Part shown: piece after piece, positions 1-7,959 of the stretch
Layout of the letters: every line of letters starts with the position of its first letter
Numbering within the stretch: position 1 is the stretch's first letter
NCBI GenBank assembly: GCA_027460535.1
Contig: JAPZAR010000010.1
Span: forward strand, 30,001 to 62,000
Direction of reading: 5' to 3'
DNA: 32,000 bases
Origin: Candidatus Methanoperedens sp.
Lineage (GTDB): Archaea > Halobacteriota > Methanosarcinia > Methanosarcinales > Methanoperedenaceae
Translations under genes and position numbers: made by a program
The notes under the pieces: generated by a model
Told to the model about the DNA's origin: nothing
Database searches by the model: none
Seen by the model: the letters and a program-made list of their open reading frames with translations, nothing else

Positions 1-1070
1 CAGCGAAGATCCAGAGTGCAGTTGCCGACATGATAAAGGTAGAGAACGGCGACGACACCAATGTAGAATCCTTGAACGGTGGAAAACAGCTCATTGTTCA
101 GGTGCCTTCCCAGAGGATCGATGTAGCAGCAGAGTATGTATCATCACTGACCTGCTCAGCATCAGCAGTAACACAGGCTATCATAACCCAGTTCAATATC
201 GGAATGTTCGATGCACCAACCATCAAGTCCGCAGTCTGGGGACAGTACCCGCAGACCCTTGATATGGTCGGCGGAAACGTAAAGTCCATCGTCGAAATCC
301 CACAGAAAGATGAAGGCTTTGGTTATACGCTCAGAAACGTCATGGCAAACCACCTTGCAGCAACCTGTAAGTTCAATGCTATGAACACAGCAGCTCTTTG
401 CTCGATCCTTGAGAACACCGGTGTCTTCGAAATGGGAGACGCAATCGGTATCCAGGAAAGACATAGATTACTGGCATTCTCACACCAGGGCTTGAATGCA
501 AACAACATGGTATATGGAACTGTAAAAGCCCTGGGCAAGACAGGTACCATCGGTACAGCTGTGCATGCATGCGTCGAAAAGGCAATTGCAGATAAGGTTA
601 TCAGCGCAGATAAGAAATTTGCATCTGGCTATACAACCTACAAGACCAATGATGTCGGAAAGTGGAATGCATATTGTGCAGCAGGCACAATGGTTGCAAC
701 ACTTATCAACTGCGGTGCAATGAGGGCCCCACAGTCAGTATCAGCAGTATTGCTGTATTTCAACGACCTCATTGAGAAAGAGACCTCACTGCCAGGTTGC
801 GACTTTGGTAAGGTAGAGGGTGCAGCGGTCGGATTCTCCTTCTTCTCACACTCCATATACGGAGGCGGAGGACCTGGAGTCTTCAACGGCAATCACGTCG
901 TTACCAGACACTCAAAGGGTCTTGCAGTACCATGCGTAGCAGCAGCAGTTGCTCTTGACGCAGGTGTGCAGATCTACAGCCCGGCAAAGACCTCTCAGCT
1001 CGTAGGAGATGTCTTCAGCTCAGTCGATGAATTCAGAGAGCCGATCAAGGCTGTAGCGGGGGCCGTATAA
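1..1070 (+). CDS. mcrB: methyl-coenzyme M reductase beta subunit, 5'-truncated by the window edge
   Basis: The frame is open from nt 3 (AKIQSAVAD before the first listed Met). About 355 aa are visible, roughly 85-90 fewer than a full-length McrB (~435-445 aa). The McrB-like sequence includes FFSHSIYGGGGPGVFNGNHVVTRHSKG. It sits immediately upstream of mcrD/G/A. Confidence 0.93.
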   Translation, partial: AKIQSAVADMIKVENGDDTNVESLNGGKQLIVQVPSQRIDVAAEYVSSLTCSASAVTQAIITQFNIGMFDAPTIKSAVWGQYPQTLDMVGGNVKSIVEIPQKDEGFGYTLRNVMANHLAATCKFNAMNTAALCSILENTGVFEMGDAIGIQERHRLLAFSHQGLNANNMVYGTVKALGKTGTIGTAVHACVEKAIADKVISADKKFASGYTTYKTNDVGKWNAYCAAGTMVATLINCGAMRAPQSVSAVLLYFNDLIEKETSLPGCDFGKVEGAAVGFSFFSHSIYGGGGPGVFNGNHVVTRHSKGLAVPCVAAAVALDAGVQIYSPAKTSQLVGDVFSSVDEFREPIKAVAGAV

Positions 1071-1084
1071 ATTCGGAGAATTGA

Positions 1085-1606
1085 ATGGTAAAAACTGCTT
1101 CAGTCACGGATAAACCCATCCAGGTAAAGGTATTTCCAAAACGATTATTACTGCCAGAGACCGCTGAGAGAGCCTTGAATGAGATCGATCAGGTCAAGGG
1201 TGTAATAAGAATGCTCATAAATGGCAAAAATCTGCCAAGAAAGGTCACAAGTGGACCCGGTACAGGTACAGACGTAAACCATCCCGAAAGGAAAATAATC
1301 CATGTAGGGGAATGTGCATTGGAATTGCATATTATAGTGGGAGAGATATTAGTCGAAGTTGAAGATGAAAGTGCTGTAGAGGGGGTCAGAAAAGCGTGTG
1401 AGCGAGCGTTTCCCTTCTCGTTTGAATTCAAGCGCGGGCACTTCATGAAGAGGAAACCGACTTTGACTGATTACGGCAAGTATGGGTTCAGGAGCAGGAC
1501 TGACGAGAGTATCAATCTTGAGGATGAACGCTTACTGGGCTTGATAGACCCACATGCAAATGCGGAAAGCAATCTTTGTGTAATTGACACAGAGGAAAAA
1601 CCTTGA
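1085..1606 (+). CDS. mcrD: methyl-coenzyme M reductase operon protein D
   Basis: 173 aa, located between mcrB and mcrG. The N-terminus is McrD-like (VFPKRLLLPETAERALNEI...RMLINGKNLP). A GGAGA Shine-Dalgarno sequence lies 5 nt upstream. Confidence 0.88.
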   Translation: MVKTASVTDKPIQVKVFPKRLLLPETAERALNEIDQVKGVIRMLINGKNLPRKVTSGPGTGTDVNHPERKIIHVGECALELHIIVGEILVEVEDESAVEGVRKACERAFPFSFEFKRGHFMKRKPTLTDYGKYGFRSRTDESINLEDERLLGLIDPHANAESNLCVIDTEEKP

Positions 1607-1662
1607 GTTTATCTTTGGAAGAGCAGAAGGAACCGATTCAACCAAAATAAGGAGGAAAAAAT

Positions 1663-2412
1663 ATGGCTTATAAACCACAATACTACCCAGGCAATACCTC
1701 AGTTGCAAAGAATAGAAGAAAACACATGTCAGATGATGTTGAGAAACTGCGCGATATATCAGATGAGGACTTAACCGCACTTCTCGGACACAGAGCGCCC
1801 GGCTCGGACTATCCAAGCACCCATCCACCACTTGCGGAAATGGGAGAGCCGGATGATCCAGTAAGAGAGGTTGTTGAACCAACCCCAGGTGCAGCAGCAG
1901 GCGACAGGGTCAGATACTCACAGTTCTCTGACTCGATGTACAATGCGCCATCAACCCCATACTGGAGATCGTATCATGCAGCGATCAACTTCAGAGGAGT
2001 TGACCCAGGTACCCTGTCAGGCAGACAGGTCAATGAAATGAGAGAGAGAGATCTTGAAGAGTATACCAAGAGACAGGCAGAGACCGAAATGACTGACTGG
2101 GGTCTTGCAGGTCTAAGAGGCTGTACAGTTCACGGACACTCCCTCAGACTTCAGGAAGACGGCGTAATGTTCGATATGCTGGACAGGCGCAGACTCGAAG
2201 GCGGCGTAATGGTAATGGACAAGGACCAGGTCGGCGTACCAATTGACAGGAAGGTCAACCTTGGGAAACCAATGAGCGAGTCCGAAGCTGCCAAGAGAAC
2301 CACCATATATAGAGTGGACAATGTACCCTTCAGAAGCGACAAAGAAGTCGTCGAACATGTGCAGAGAGTCTGGGAGTTAAGAACCAAATATGGCTTCCAG
2401 CCAAAGGCGTGA
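1663..2412 (+). CDS. mcrG: methyl-coenzyme M reductase gamma subunit
   Basis: 249 aa with a typical McrG N-terminus (YYPGNTSVAKNRRKHMS...EKLRDISDEDL). A strong AAGGAGGA ribosome-binding site is present. Confidence 0.95.
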   Translation: MAYKPQYYPGNTSVAKNRRKHMSDDVEKLRDISDEDLTALLGHRAPGSDYPSTHPPLAEMGEPDDPVREVVEPTPGAAAGDRVRYSQFSDSMYNAPSTPYWRSYHAAINFRGVDPGTLSGRQVNEMRERDLEEYTKRQAETEMTDWGLAGLRGCTVHGHSLRLQEDGVMFDMLDRRRLEGGVMVMDKDQVGVPIDRKVNLGKPMSESEAAKRTTIYRVDNVPFRSDKEVVEHVQRVWELRTKYGFQPKA

Positions 2413-2423
2413 GGTGATTCAAA

Positions 2424-4124
2424 ATGGCAGATCCAAAATTTAAGAAAGCAATGGAAACAAAGTACGCAAAAGAATGGGGATCCAACAAGTGCGGCTCCAC
2501 TGCAAAGAACAAAATAACAGATAAGAAGACCAAATACCTCAGATTGGGATATACACAGAACCCAAGAAAGGTAGAAATGACAAAGTGCGGAGCGGCAATC
2601 ACCAAGAAGAGAGGATTACAGGCATATGATCCAAAGTTGCATCTTGCCGGTATCCCAATGGGTCAGAGACAGTTGACCCCGTATACAATATCTGGAACAG
2701 ATATCGTATGCGATGGTGACGATCTACACTTCGTCAACAATGCTGCAATGCAGCAGGAATGGGACGATATCAGGAGAACATGTGTGGTAGGACTTGACCT
2801 CGCACATGAGACTCTTGAGAAGAGATTGGGCAAAGAAGTTACCCCCGAGACCATCAACTACTACCTCGAAGTCTTAAACCATGCAATGCCTGGCGCAGCA
2901 ATCGTTCAGGAACACATGGTCGAGACACACCCGGCACTGGTTGATGACTGCTATGTGAAAGTATTCACAGGCGACGAATCCCTCCAGGATGAAATCGACA
3001 AGCAGTTCGTTATCAATATCGACAACGAATTCCCGGCAAACCAGGCAAAACAAGTTAAGGCAGCAATGGGCAAGACCTCCTGGCAGGCAGTGCACATCCC
3101 GACCATAGTCACAAGGACTGAGGACGGACCAGGCACAAGCCGCTGGATGGCAATGCAGGTCGGTATGACCTTTATCAGCGCATATCATATGTGCGCCGGT
3201 GAAGCAGCAGTCGGTGAACTTGCATTCACAGCAAAGCACGCTGGACTTGTTGAAATGGGTGATATGATCCCGGCCCGCAGAGCCAGGGGACCAAATGAGC
3301 CCGGAGGATTATCCTTCGGTCATATGGCAGATATCGTTCAGACCAACAGGAAAACACCAGAGGACCCGGTAAATGTTGTCTTACAGGTAGCAAGCGCAGC
3401 AACCATGCTGTATGACCAGATATGGCTCGGCGGCTACATGTCAGGCGGTGTCGGATTCACAATGTATGCAACACCAGCATACACCAATGATATCCTGGAT
3501 GACTACTGCTATTGGGGCAAAGAATACGCAGATAAGAAATACGGTGGACCAAGAAAGGCCAAAGCCACAATCGAAGTTGTCAAAGACATCGGCACAGAGG
3601 TAACCCTCTACGGTATTGAATCGTATGAGAAGTACCCGACAACACTCGAGGACCACTTCGGAGGCTCGCAGCGCGCTACAGTACTTGCTCTCGCAGCCGG
3701 TACTACAGCAGCAGCGGCAACCGGACACAGCAATGCCGGTCTATCCGCATGGTATCTCTCCATGTACCTCCACAAAGAGGCATGGGGCAGACTTGGATTC
3801 TACGGATACGATCTGCAGGATCAGTGCGGTGCCACCAACGTGTTCTCGATCGGCTCAGATGAAGGCTGCATAGGCGAATGCAGAGGTGCAAACTACCCGA
3901 ACTACGCTATGAACGTAGGTCACCAGGGTGGATACACCGCCGTAGTCGCAGCAGCACACGCTGGCACAGATGCCTTCGTTGTGAACCCGTTAGTCAAGAC
4001 CTGCTTCGCAGATGACCTGGTCAACTTTGACTTCGCGGATCCAAGAGGAGCATTCGGCAAGGCGGCACTCAGAGAGTGGGACCGCTGCGCCGGTGAGAGA
4101 GCATTCGTTATCCCAGCAAAGTAA
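2424..4124 (+). CDS. mcrA: methyl-coenzyme M reductase alpha subunit
   Basis: 566 aa with hallmark McrA segments: [34 protein letters not shown] and [18 protein letters not shown] (the thioglycine / didehydro-Asp / S-methyl-Cys region). A GAGGTGA ribosome-binding site is present. Confidence 0.97.
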   Translation: MADPKFKKAMETKYAKEWGSNKCGSTAKNKITDKKTKYLRLGYTQNPRKVEMTKCGAAITKKRGLQAYDPKLHLAGIPMGQRQLTPYTISGTDIVCDGDDLHFVNNAAMQQEWDDIRRTCVVGLDLAHETLEKRLGKEVTPETINYYLEVLNHAMPGAAIVQEHMVETHPALVDDCYVKVFTGDESLQDEIDKQFVINIDNEFPANQAKQVKAAMGKTSWQAVHIPTIVTRTEDGPGTSRWMAMQVGMTFISAYHMCAGEAAVGELAFTAKHAGLVEMGDMIPARRARGPNEPGGLSFGHMADIVQTNRKTPEDPVNVVLQVASAATMLYDQIWLGGYMSGGVGFTMYATPAYTNDILDDYCYWGKEYADKKYGGPRKAKATIEVVKDIGTEVTLYGIESYEKYPTTLEDHFGGSQRATVLALAAGTTAAAATGHSNAGLSAWYLSMYLHKEAWGRLGFYGYDLQDQCGATNVFSIGSDEGCIGECRGANYPNYAMNVGHQGGYTAVVAAAHAGTDAFVVNPLVKTCFADDLVNFDFADPRGAFGKAALREWDRCAGERAFVIPAK

Positions 4125-4130
4125 ATCCAT

Positions 4131-4167
4131 AAGTAGGCTTCATGCCTACTTTTTCTTATTTTTTTTG
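4131..4167 (+). terminator. hairpin plus T-run terminator of the mcr operon
   Basis: The stem is aagtaggc / gcctactt with loop ttcat. It is followed directly by tttcttattttttttggg, 7 nt after the mcrA stop. Confidence 0.55.
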
Positions 4168-4232
4168 GGATATTCGAGATAAAAAGGAAAAATATAAGTT
4201 ATGCTTTGATGTTCATAGTGGTGTGATTTAAA

Positions 4233-4490
4233 ATGGCGGAAGCAAAAGTAGAAAAGAAACGAGCGCCGAAAGTACCCGGTTTAGTAACATGCATGTACTG
4301 TGACGGGACAGGAAAGCAGGAAGGCAAGACATGCATTGTTTGCGGCGGAAAAGGAAAGGTAGAAGTCGTAGATTCATCAAGAAAATGCCAGTGGTGCAAG
4401 GGCAGAGGTTACTTGATGAAAGGAATTCCATGCACAAACTGTGGTGGAACGGGCTATACCAGACCTATCGGTAGAGAGCGCCTGTTCTAA
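4233..4490 (+). CDS. standalone DnaJ-type cysteine-rich zinc-finger protein (4x CXXCXGXG)
   Basis: 85 aa containing four motifs: CMYCDGTG, CIVCGGKG, CQWCKGRG and CTNCGGTG. These are the CXXCXGXG repeats of the DnaJ zinc-binding domain. No J-domain is present. Confidence 0.7.
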   Translation: MAEAKVEKKRAPKVPGLVTCMYCDGTGKQEGKTCIVCGGKGKVEVVDSSRKCQWCKGRGYLMKGIPCTNCGGTGYTRPIGRERLF

Positions 4491-4560
4491 AGGGAAAGAG
4501 GGGATAAACCCCTACTCCTTATTGAATAATTTGATACAAAAATAAATATTATAAGTAATC

Positions 4561-4881
4561 TTACGATTTCTTGTAATTATACTTTTCACTTAATTTTTGA
4601 TAGATGTAGTCATGCGCATTATTCACCGCTTCCAATTCACCTCGCAGCACAAGTAGATTTTCCGGGTCTACATCTATTGTTTTAACTGCGCATTTCCGAT
4701 GGGCAATTTCCAGATTGAATTTATCCACGGCTTCAATGATCACTTTATGCGGCAATCCCGGTGGCAGAACCAGGTCATACATGCCTTCAAGGGCTTTTTC
4801 TTCCGGACTAACATTTTCTTTTGTCTCTTCTTCGAATTCATCTCCAACGTATTTGGATTTAGTTTTTTCCATAGTAATCAC
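4561..4881 (-). CDS. hypothetical acidic protein
   Basis: The ORF is 106 aa from a GTG start. An in-frame ATG at 4872 (MEKTKSKY...) is the more likely start. It is divergent from the radical SAM gene and I recognise no family. Confidence 0.45.
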   Translation of the reverse strand: MITMEKTKSKYVGDEFEEETKENVSPEEKALEGMYDLVLPPGLPHKVIIEAVDKFNLEIAHRKCAVKTIDVDPENLLVLRGELEAVNNAHDYIYQKLSEKYNYKKS

Positions 4882-4928
4882 TTTTGATATGAAATCTTTA
4901 TTAAGTCACATAAAGCTTATGGTGCATT

Positions 4929-7100
4929 ATGCTTACAAAATTATTATTTCCTCCACAATGGATTCCTACCCAGCCTTATTTAAGTCTTCCATCTCTCACA
5001 GCTTTCCTGAAATCCAATAATTGTAACGTTGAACAGGCGGATATCAATATAGCATTCTTTGATGACCTGTTGAGTAAAAAGGGCATGCGTGAATTTTATG
5101 AGAAGGCCTATTCTAAATTCCAGGATATTGAATCTAAAGAAGAGTTACCCCCTGAACTCCAGAGGCAATACGCAGCCTTGAGCAGCTCTATACTTTTTGG
5201 TGAGAGCATTATTGATGAGGTGGACGAAGCAAAAAAACTATTGAAGGATAAAGAGGGTTTTTACGAGATCGATGAATTATTCAGGGCATTCAAGGTTCTT
5301 GAACTTGGCCTCAAGCTTGCATCTTCCGCTTACTATCCCACGAACCTGACCTTTCATTCTTATGACATGCGTTACTCATGCCGTTCGAGCAATGACGTGC
5401 TATCAGCAATAAATGATGATGAAGAGAATCTCTTTATAGACTATTTTAAGAAAAACACGGTCGCTGATATCCTGAGAAACAAACCCGATTTAATAGGCAT
5501 TTCCATTATTAATACAAGCCAACTGATCCCAGGATTGACGCTTGCCAATCTGATTAAGAAATCCGACGGGAATGTTCATATAAACATTGGAGGCAGTGTT
5601 TTTACGCGTCTCATCCCTGAGATCAGCCATAATAAAGAACTTTTTTCAGTTTTTGACAGCGTAATCGTCCATGAAGGTGAGACTGCTTTATTGAATCTGA
5701 TTTCATATTTAAAGAACGAATTCGATATAAATTCCATCACCAATCTCATTTACAGGAATGGTTCTGAAATCAGGGTCAATGAATTAAATTCACAGGGGGA
5801 AGACATCGATCAATTGCCAACTCCATGCTTTGATGGTTTCCCTCTGGACCGGTATTTTTCACCGGAACTTATCCTTCCTGTACTTTCTTCAAGGGGATGC
5901 TATTGGAGGCGGTGCACTTTTTGCGACCACGGCTATGGTTATTCAGGGAAATACAGGCCAAGGGATGTTGATCTGCTTTACAAAGACCTGGATAACTTAA
6001 AGACAAAATATAAGACCGGGTTTTTTACATTCCAGGATGAGGGCCTTGCCCCAAAATTGGTTAAAGCATTATCTGATAAATTAATTGAAAGTTCCCTGGA
6101 AATATCGTGGTTAGCCGATTCGAGATTTGAATCAGCGTTTTCTCCCGAACTGGGCAGAAAACTTGCCAGTGCAGGGTGTAAGATGATCTATTTTGGGCTG
6201 GAGTCTGCAAATGAACGGATTCTGACATGCATGGATAAGGGAATAAAAAAGGAAAATGTCTTAAAAATCTGCAAATACAGTACAGATGCAGGTATCTGGA
6301 CGCACCTTTTTTTGATATTCGGATTTCCCACTGAGACCAGGGATGAAGCAAAGGAAACAATGGATTTTATTTTAGAGAACAATGAAGTAATCCGTTCAAT
6401 GTCATTCGGTAGTTTCCAGCTTACCAGGCACTCAAAGGTTTATGAAAACCCGACAGCTTTTGAGGTTACCAAAGTAGTCCAGGATGACAGTATTGATCTC
6501 TCATTATGGTTTGATTATGAAATCAAAAGCGGGCTGTCTAAGAAGGAAACGGATGAGATCATAAAGGAATTCTACAGCAAACTTTCCATGAGGTACGGGG
6601 ATTTTCCTATATGGAGCAATCTCGACCGGGAGCATCTTTTTCTATATATTTCCCATTACAAGAAGTCAAGGGATAAAGCCCCGGATCTGTCTTTCCTGAT
6701 CGAAAAAGCCCATAAGAAACAATTAAAGAATAAGCCCACATATATCGATCCTGCAAACAATGAGTATTATCCTTTTCTCGGGGAGGGTGTTTTTGCTGGA
6801 AGGTTCAATTTCAATCTGGCACAACTAATCCATGCGATGATGTCAGGAAACGGATTGAAGAACAAGATGCAAAGAGAAAGAACGAATGTATTGTTCGATA
6901 CCGACAATAACAGGATTTTTACTGTTACTGATTTTGCAAGAGATGTACTTGACAGATGCGATGGTGAACATAAATTATCTGAAATAATAGGATTCATAAA
7001 AGGAAAATATCAAATGTCATTTCCTGAAGCGGATTCTAAATGCAGGAACTTTTTGAATGGGCTGATAGCAAAGAATATAATCTGCAGCAATACTGAATAA
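4929..7100 (+). CDS. B12-binding-domain radical SAM enzyme with a C-terminal PqqD-like (RRE) domain
   Basis: 723 aa. The N-terminal region resembles class-B radical SAM cobalamin-binding domains (PDLIGISIINTSQLIPGLTLANLIKK...INIGGSVFT). The cluster motif is SSRGCYWRRCTFCDHG, which I read as CX4CX2C. The C-terminal ~70 aa (RIFTVTDFARDVLDRCDGEHKLSEIIGFIKGKYQMSFPEADSKCRNFLNGLIAKNII) matches the PqqD / RiPP-recognition-element pattern. Confidence 0.85.
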   Translation: MLTKLLFPPQWIPTQPYLSLPSLTAFLKSNNCNVEQADINIAFFDDLLSKKGMREFYEKAYSKFQDIESKEELPPELQRQYAALSSSILFGESIIDEVDEAKKLLKDKEGFYEIDELFRAFKVLELGLKLASSAYYPTNLTFHSYDMRYSCRSSNDVLSAINDDEENLFIDYFKKNTVADILRNKPDLIGISIINTSQLIPGLTLANLIKKSDGNVHINIGGSVFTRLIPEISHNKELFSVFDSVIVHEGETALLNLISYLKNEFDINSITNLIYRNGSEIRVNELNSQGEDIDQLPTPCFDGFPLDRYFSPELILPVLSSRGCYWRRCTFCDHGYGYSGKYRPRDVDLLYKDLDNLKTKYKTGFFTFQDEGLAPKLVKALSDKLIESSLEISWLADSRFESAFSPELGRKLASAGCKMIYFGLESANERILTCMDKGIKKENVLKICKYSTDAGIWTHLFLIFGFPTETRDEAKETMDFILENNEVIRSMSFGSFQLTRHSKVYENPTAFEVTKVVQDDSIDLSLWFDYEIKSGLSKKETDEIIKEFYSKLSMRYGDFPIWSNLDREHLFLYISHYKKSRDKAPDLSFLIEKAHKKQLKNKPTYIDPANNEYYPFLGEGVFAGRFNFNLAQLIHAMMSGNGLKNKMQRERTNVLFDTDNNRIFTVTDFARDVLDRCDGEHKLSEIIGFIKGKYQMSFPEADSKCRNFLNGLIAKNIICSNTE

Positions 7101-7122
7101 ATAATTTCCGTATCTGCGATAT

Positions 7123-7290
7123 TTAAGCTGCCCTTGGTTTTATTTCCTTTGACCCGCAGTTCGGGCATTCGGTTGCGCCTTTCTTCATGAACGTCTTCTT
7201 GCATGACCTGCACCAGAACATCCCGCTTTCTTTTGCCATCCTTTCAAGGTCTTCAGGCATCAACGAGAATGGCGTATATGTGCTGCACAT
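7123..7290 (-). CDS. small zinc-ribbon protein (55 aa), not in the supplied ORF track
   Basis: My own translation is MCSTYTPFSLMPEDLERMAKESGMFWCRSCKKTFMKKGATECPNCGSKEIKPRAA. It contains a CxxC...CxxC zinc-ribbon pair. A GGAGGT Shine-Dalgarno sequence lies 7 nt upstream of the ATG at 7290. Confidence 0.55.
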   Translation of the reverse strand: MCSTYTPFSLMPEDLERMAKESGMFWCRSCKKTFMKKGATECPNCGSKEIKPRAA

Positions 7291-7508
7291 GATTCTTACC
7301 TCCTAAATCATGATTATGTATGATGTTATTTACTTTGATATTAAAGTATTGTATAATCTGGTTGCCAGATTAAAAAATACGGTCAATAGACGTATGGAAA
7401 AGGTCACGATGGAATGGCTATATCATATTTTATCATCAACCCCGACAACCTCCTTCACACGCCTATTGTACTGGTCCTCGTATTAATTGAAGCTCCCGGT
7501 CTTCAATA

Positions 7509-7652
7509 TTATGCTTCTGGCTGCGGCGCGGAGCGGCTTCTCAATTGTTCATAGAACTTTGCCTGTCTCTCCCTTTCGGCTTCGTCAACTTCCGGCTTTT
7601 TGACCTTCTTGGCAGCTTCAGCCTGGTCCATTGAGCTTTCCAGTCCAACCAT
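7509..7652 (-). CDS. small charged hypothetical protein (47 aa), not in the supplied ORF track
   Basis: My own translation is MVGLESSMDQAEAAKKVKKPEVDEAERERQAKFYEQLRSRSAPQPEA. A GAGGAGGTGA Shine-Dalgarno sequence lies 6 nt upstream of the ATG at 7652. Confidence 0.35.
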   Translation of the reverse strand: MVGLESSMDQAEAAKKVKKPEVDEAERERQAKFYEQLRSRSAPQPEA

Positions 7653-7959
7653 TGTTTTTCACCTCCTCTTATTTGTAAGTCGTATTACAGATTTATATTA
7701 ATTCCATCTTTTGAAATTTTCGGCGCTGCTACTGATATCAATGCCCCCTTTTCCCGTGGAGCAAAGGAAATTTTGTATTTAATAATTTATGTATTTCATG
7801 ATTAATAGTTTTTGATAACAGAATAGGTAAAAAAGATGTCAACCGGAAATATGTTCAGCATGATTGAAGCATGGCAAGAATTTCGAAAATTGCGCGAGAT
7901 CCAGGATGATCTGAGCCAAAATCATTCTGAAAAAAAAGTCCTGGAAACATTTCTTTGCG

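Noticed and set aside
98-892. Several 60-100-aa ORFs antisense to mcrB, with similar ones antisense to mcrD/G/A, fwdB/A/C, the helicase, the propeller gene (26095..26628) and the cytochromes (21316..21717, 19163..19453).
   Set aside because: They lie entirely inside strongly supported genes on the opposite strand. Their composition is skewed (Cys/Ser/Arg-rich) and they have no ribosome-binding sites. They are typical shadow ORFs.
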